Positions 62,901 through 64,000 of a stretch of DNA of 64,000 bases are shown here, piece by piece. Both the position numbers and the translations under genes were made by a program. Source of the stretch: Owenia fusiformis (lineage: Eukaryota). The notes under the pieces were generated by a model, which made no database searches, was not told the origin of the DNA, and saw only the letters and a program-made list of their open reading frames with translations. Every line of letters starts with the position of its first letter. Position 1 is the first letter of the stretch. The DNA lies in NCBI GenBank assembly GCA_903813345.2, contig CAIIXF020000001.1, positions 35,092,001-35,156,000 of the forward strand, given 5' to 3'.

Positions 62901-63990
62901 CATCTGATAATATATATTTAAGCTAACCACAATGTATCCTTGTTGTTTCTTATTGGCGATTGTCTAGGTGATTTGGAAACGAAGTTCTGACAATGTTCTT
63001 CTTACTGTTGGCTTGTTCACATTTGTCTACGATGAAAGGATAAGAGCTGAGCATAACCCAGGGTCAAATGAATCGAGTCTAATTATTGAAAATGCAAAAT
63101 TATCAGATGATGGAATCTATGAGTGTCGAGTCAGTTCAAAAACACCAGTAGTATGGAAAGTCAGATTAACTGTACAAGGTGAGCTGAATTTACTTCACAA
63201 ATATCTTTCATTGTGTGTCCAGTAAAATAGATCAAAATGTATAAATATGTATGATATACAATGTATAAACTTACGGATGAATTCATATTTATGGAGAATG
63301 TACATTAGGGTATTAACTCCATGTATCCTACTGACTGGATAAATTTAAAGAAATTCTTTCAGAATATCCTAATCTGACTTAAACTATTAATATAAATTGT
63401 GCAAATCAAATCAAATTTCTTAACATATTTTAAATGTGTAGGATCAGAGTTGACTTGGAACCTGAGTTATCCAGTTACCAATATAGGGTTCAGAACCTTG
63501 CACATTTGATCAATACATTACAAGATGTAAAAAGGTGTTCAAACACAAAAAAAATATTTTTGAAAATGATTTAAAAAGTATCAGGTGAATCATCTCTGCT
63601 GTAAAAGTGAATGATATACTTACATGTATTTAGAAAATGCAACACCAGAAAATGTAACAACAGAGAGTACAACATCAGAATCAAGAAGAAAAGAAAATGT
63701 AACCGCAGAGAGTACAACAACAGAGATTACAACATCAGAATCAAGAAGAAAAGAAAATGTAACCGCAGAGAGTACATCAACAGAGATTACAACATCAGAA
63801 TCAAGAAGAAAAGAAAATGTAACAGCAGAGAGTACAACAACAGAGATTACAACATCAGAATCAAGAAGAAAAGAAAATGTAACAGCAGAGAGTACAACAA
63901 CAGAGATTACAACATCAGAATCAAGAAGAAAAGAAAATGTAACAGAGAGTACAACACCAGAAACTGCAACAGCACCAACCATCAACAACA
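59943..63990 (+). CDS. Dpr/ZIG-8-like Ig protein with alternating Thr/Ser/Glu-rich mucin segments and V-type Ig domains; 3' end beyond the window
   Basis: Exons 59943-59965, 60311-60555, 60966-61093, 61369-61579, 62035-62154, 62565-62692, 62968-63178 and 63634-63990, all phase-consistent. Signal MKPLLILSAIFGYACS. Ig domain PYFKDNTPSNTSVDLGGRAKLTCHVGILGTRTVIWKRSSDNVLLTVGLFTFVYDERI...DDGIYECRVSSKTP matches the Dpr Ig1 pattern. Confidence 0.85.
60470..63679. repeat. Near-identical 1599-bp tandem duplication (mucin exon end, two Ig half-exons and introns)
   Basis: Constant offset of 1599 (61369 vs 62968). The only difference seen by eye is CAATTCGGAAA (about 60860) vs CAATTCAGAAA (about 62459). 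Confidence 0.95.
63648..63955 (+). repeat. Coding 60-bp tandem repeat encoding (ENVTAESTTTEITTSESRRK)n
   Basis: About 5 copies of GAAAATGTAAC(C/A)GCAGAGAGTACAACAACAGAGATTACAACATCAGAATCAAGAAGAAAA within exon 63634-63990. Confidence 0.9.
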
Positions 63991-64000
63991 GTGAGACAAA

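Noticed and set aside
63611..63994. 127-aa K/R/C-rich ORF and its antisense ORF
   Set aside because: Alternative frames of the mucin repeat exon; the splice phase defines the ENVTAESTT frame.

Overview
AT-rich, intron-dense eukaryotic DNA from an invertebrate animal (the repeat families resemble those of marine lophotrochozoans; the species cannot be determined from sequence alone). The ORF track is mostly spurious, so genes were assembled by hand from GT-AG exons with phase checking. In order: (1) the 3' half of an SLC22-type transporter (+); (2) a 2-Ig, probably GPI-anchored gene (-) whose Ig1 N-terminal half is encoded by three tandem 122-nt exons that cannot be joined pairwise in frame, a Dscam-like mutually exclusive cassette; (3) head-to-head with it, a nephrin/sidestep-like gene with 7 Ig + FN3 domains ending in a GPI-type tail (+); (4) TRMT11 (-) and (5) PSMF1/PI31 (+), whose ATGs are 192 bp apart; (6) the last four exons of RFC1 (-); and, on the opposite strand inside what appears to be a RFC1 intron of at least 13.8 kb, (7) an unrecognised secreted 137-aa six-cysteine protein and (8) a Dpr/ZIG-8-like Ig/mucin gene expanded by a near-perfect 1599-bp tandem duplication. 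Genes 7 and 8 share a homologous 23-nt leader exon. Introns hold many non-autonomous DNA transposons, Helentron-like elements with internal satellite arrays, LINE fragments and a tRNA-derived Pol III-like cassette.
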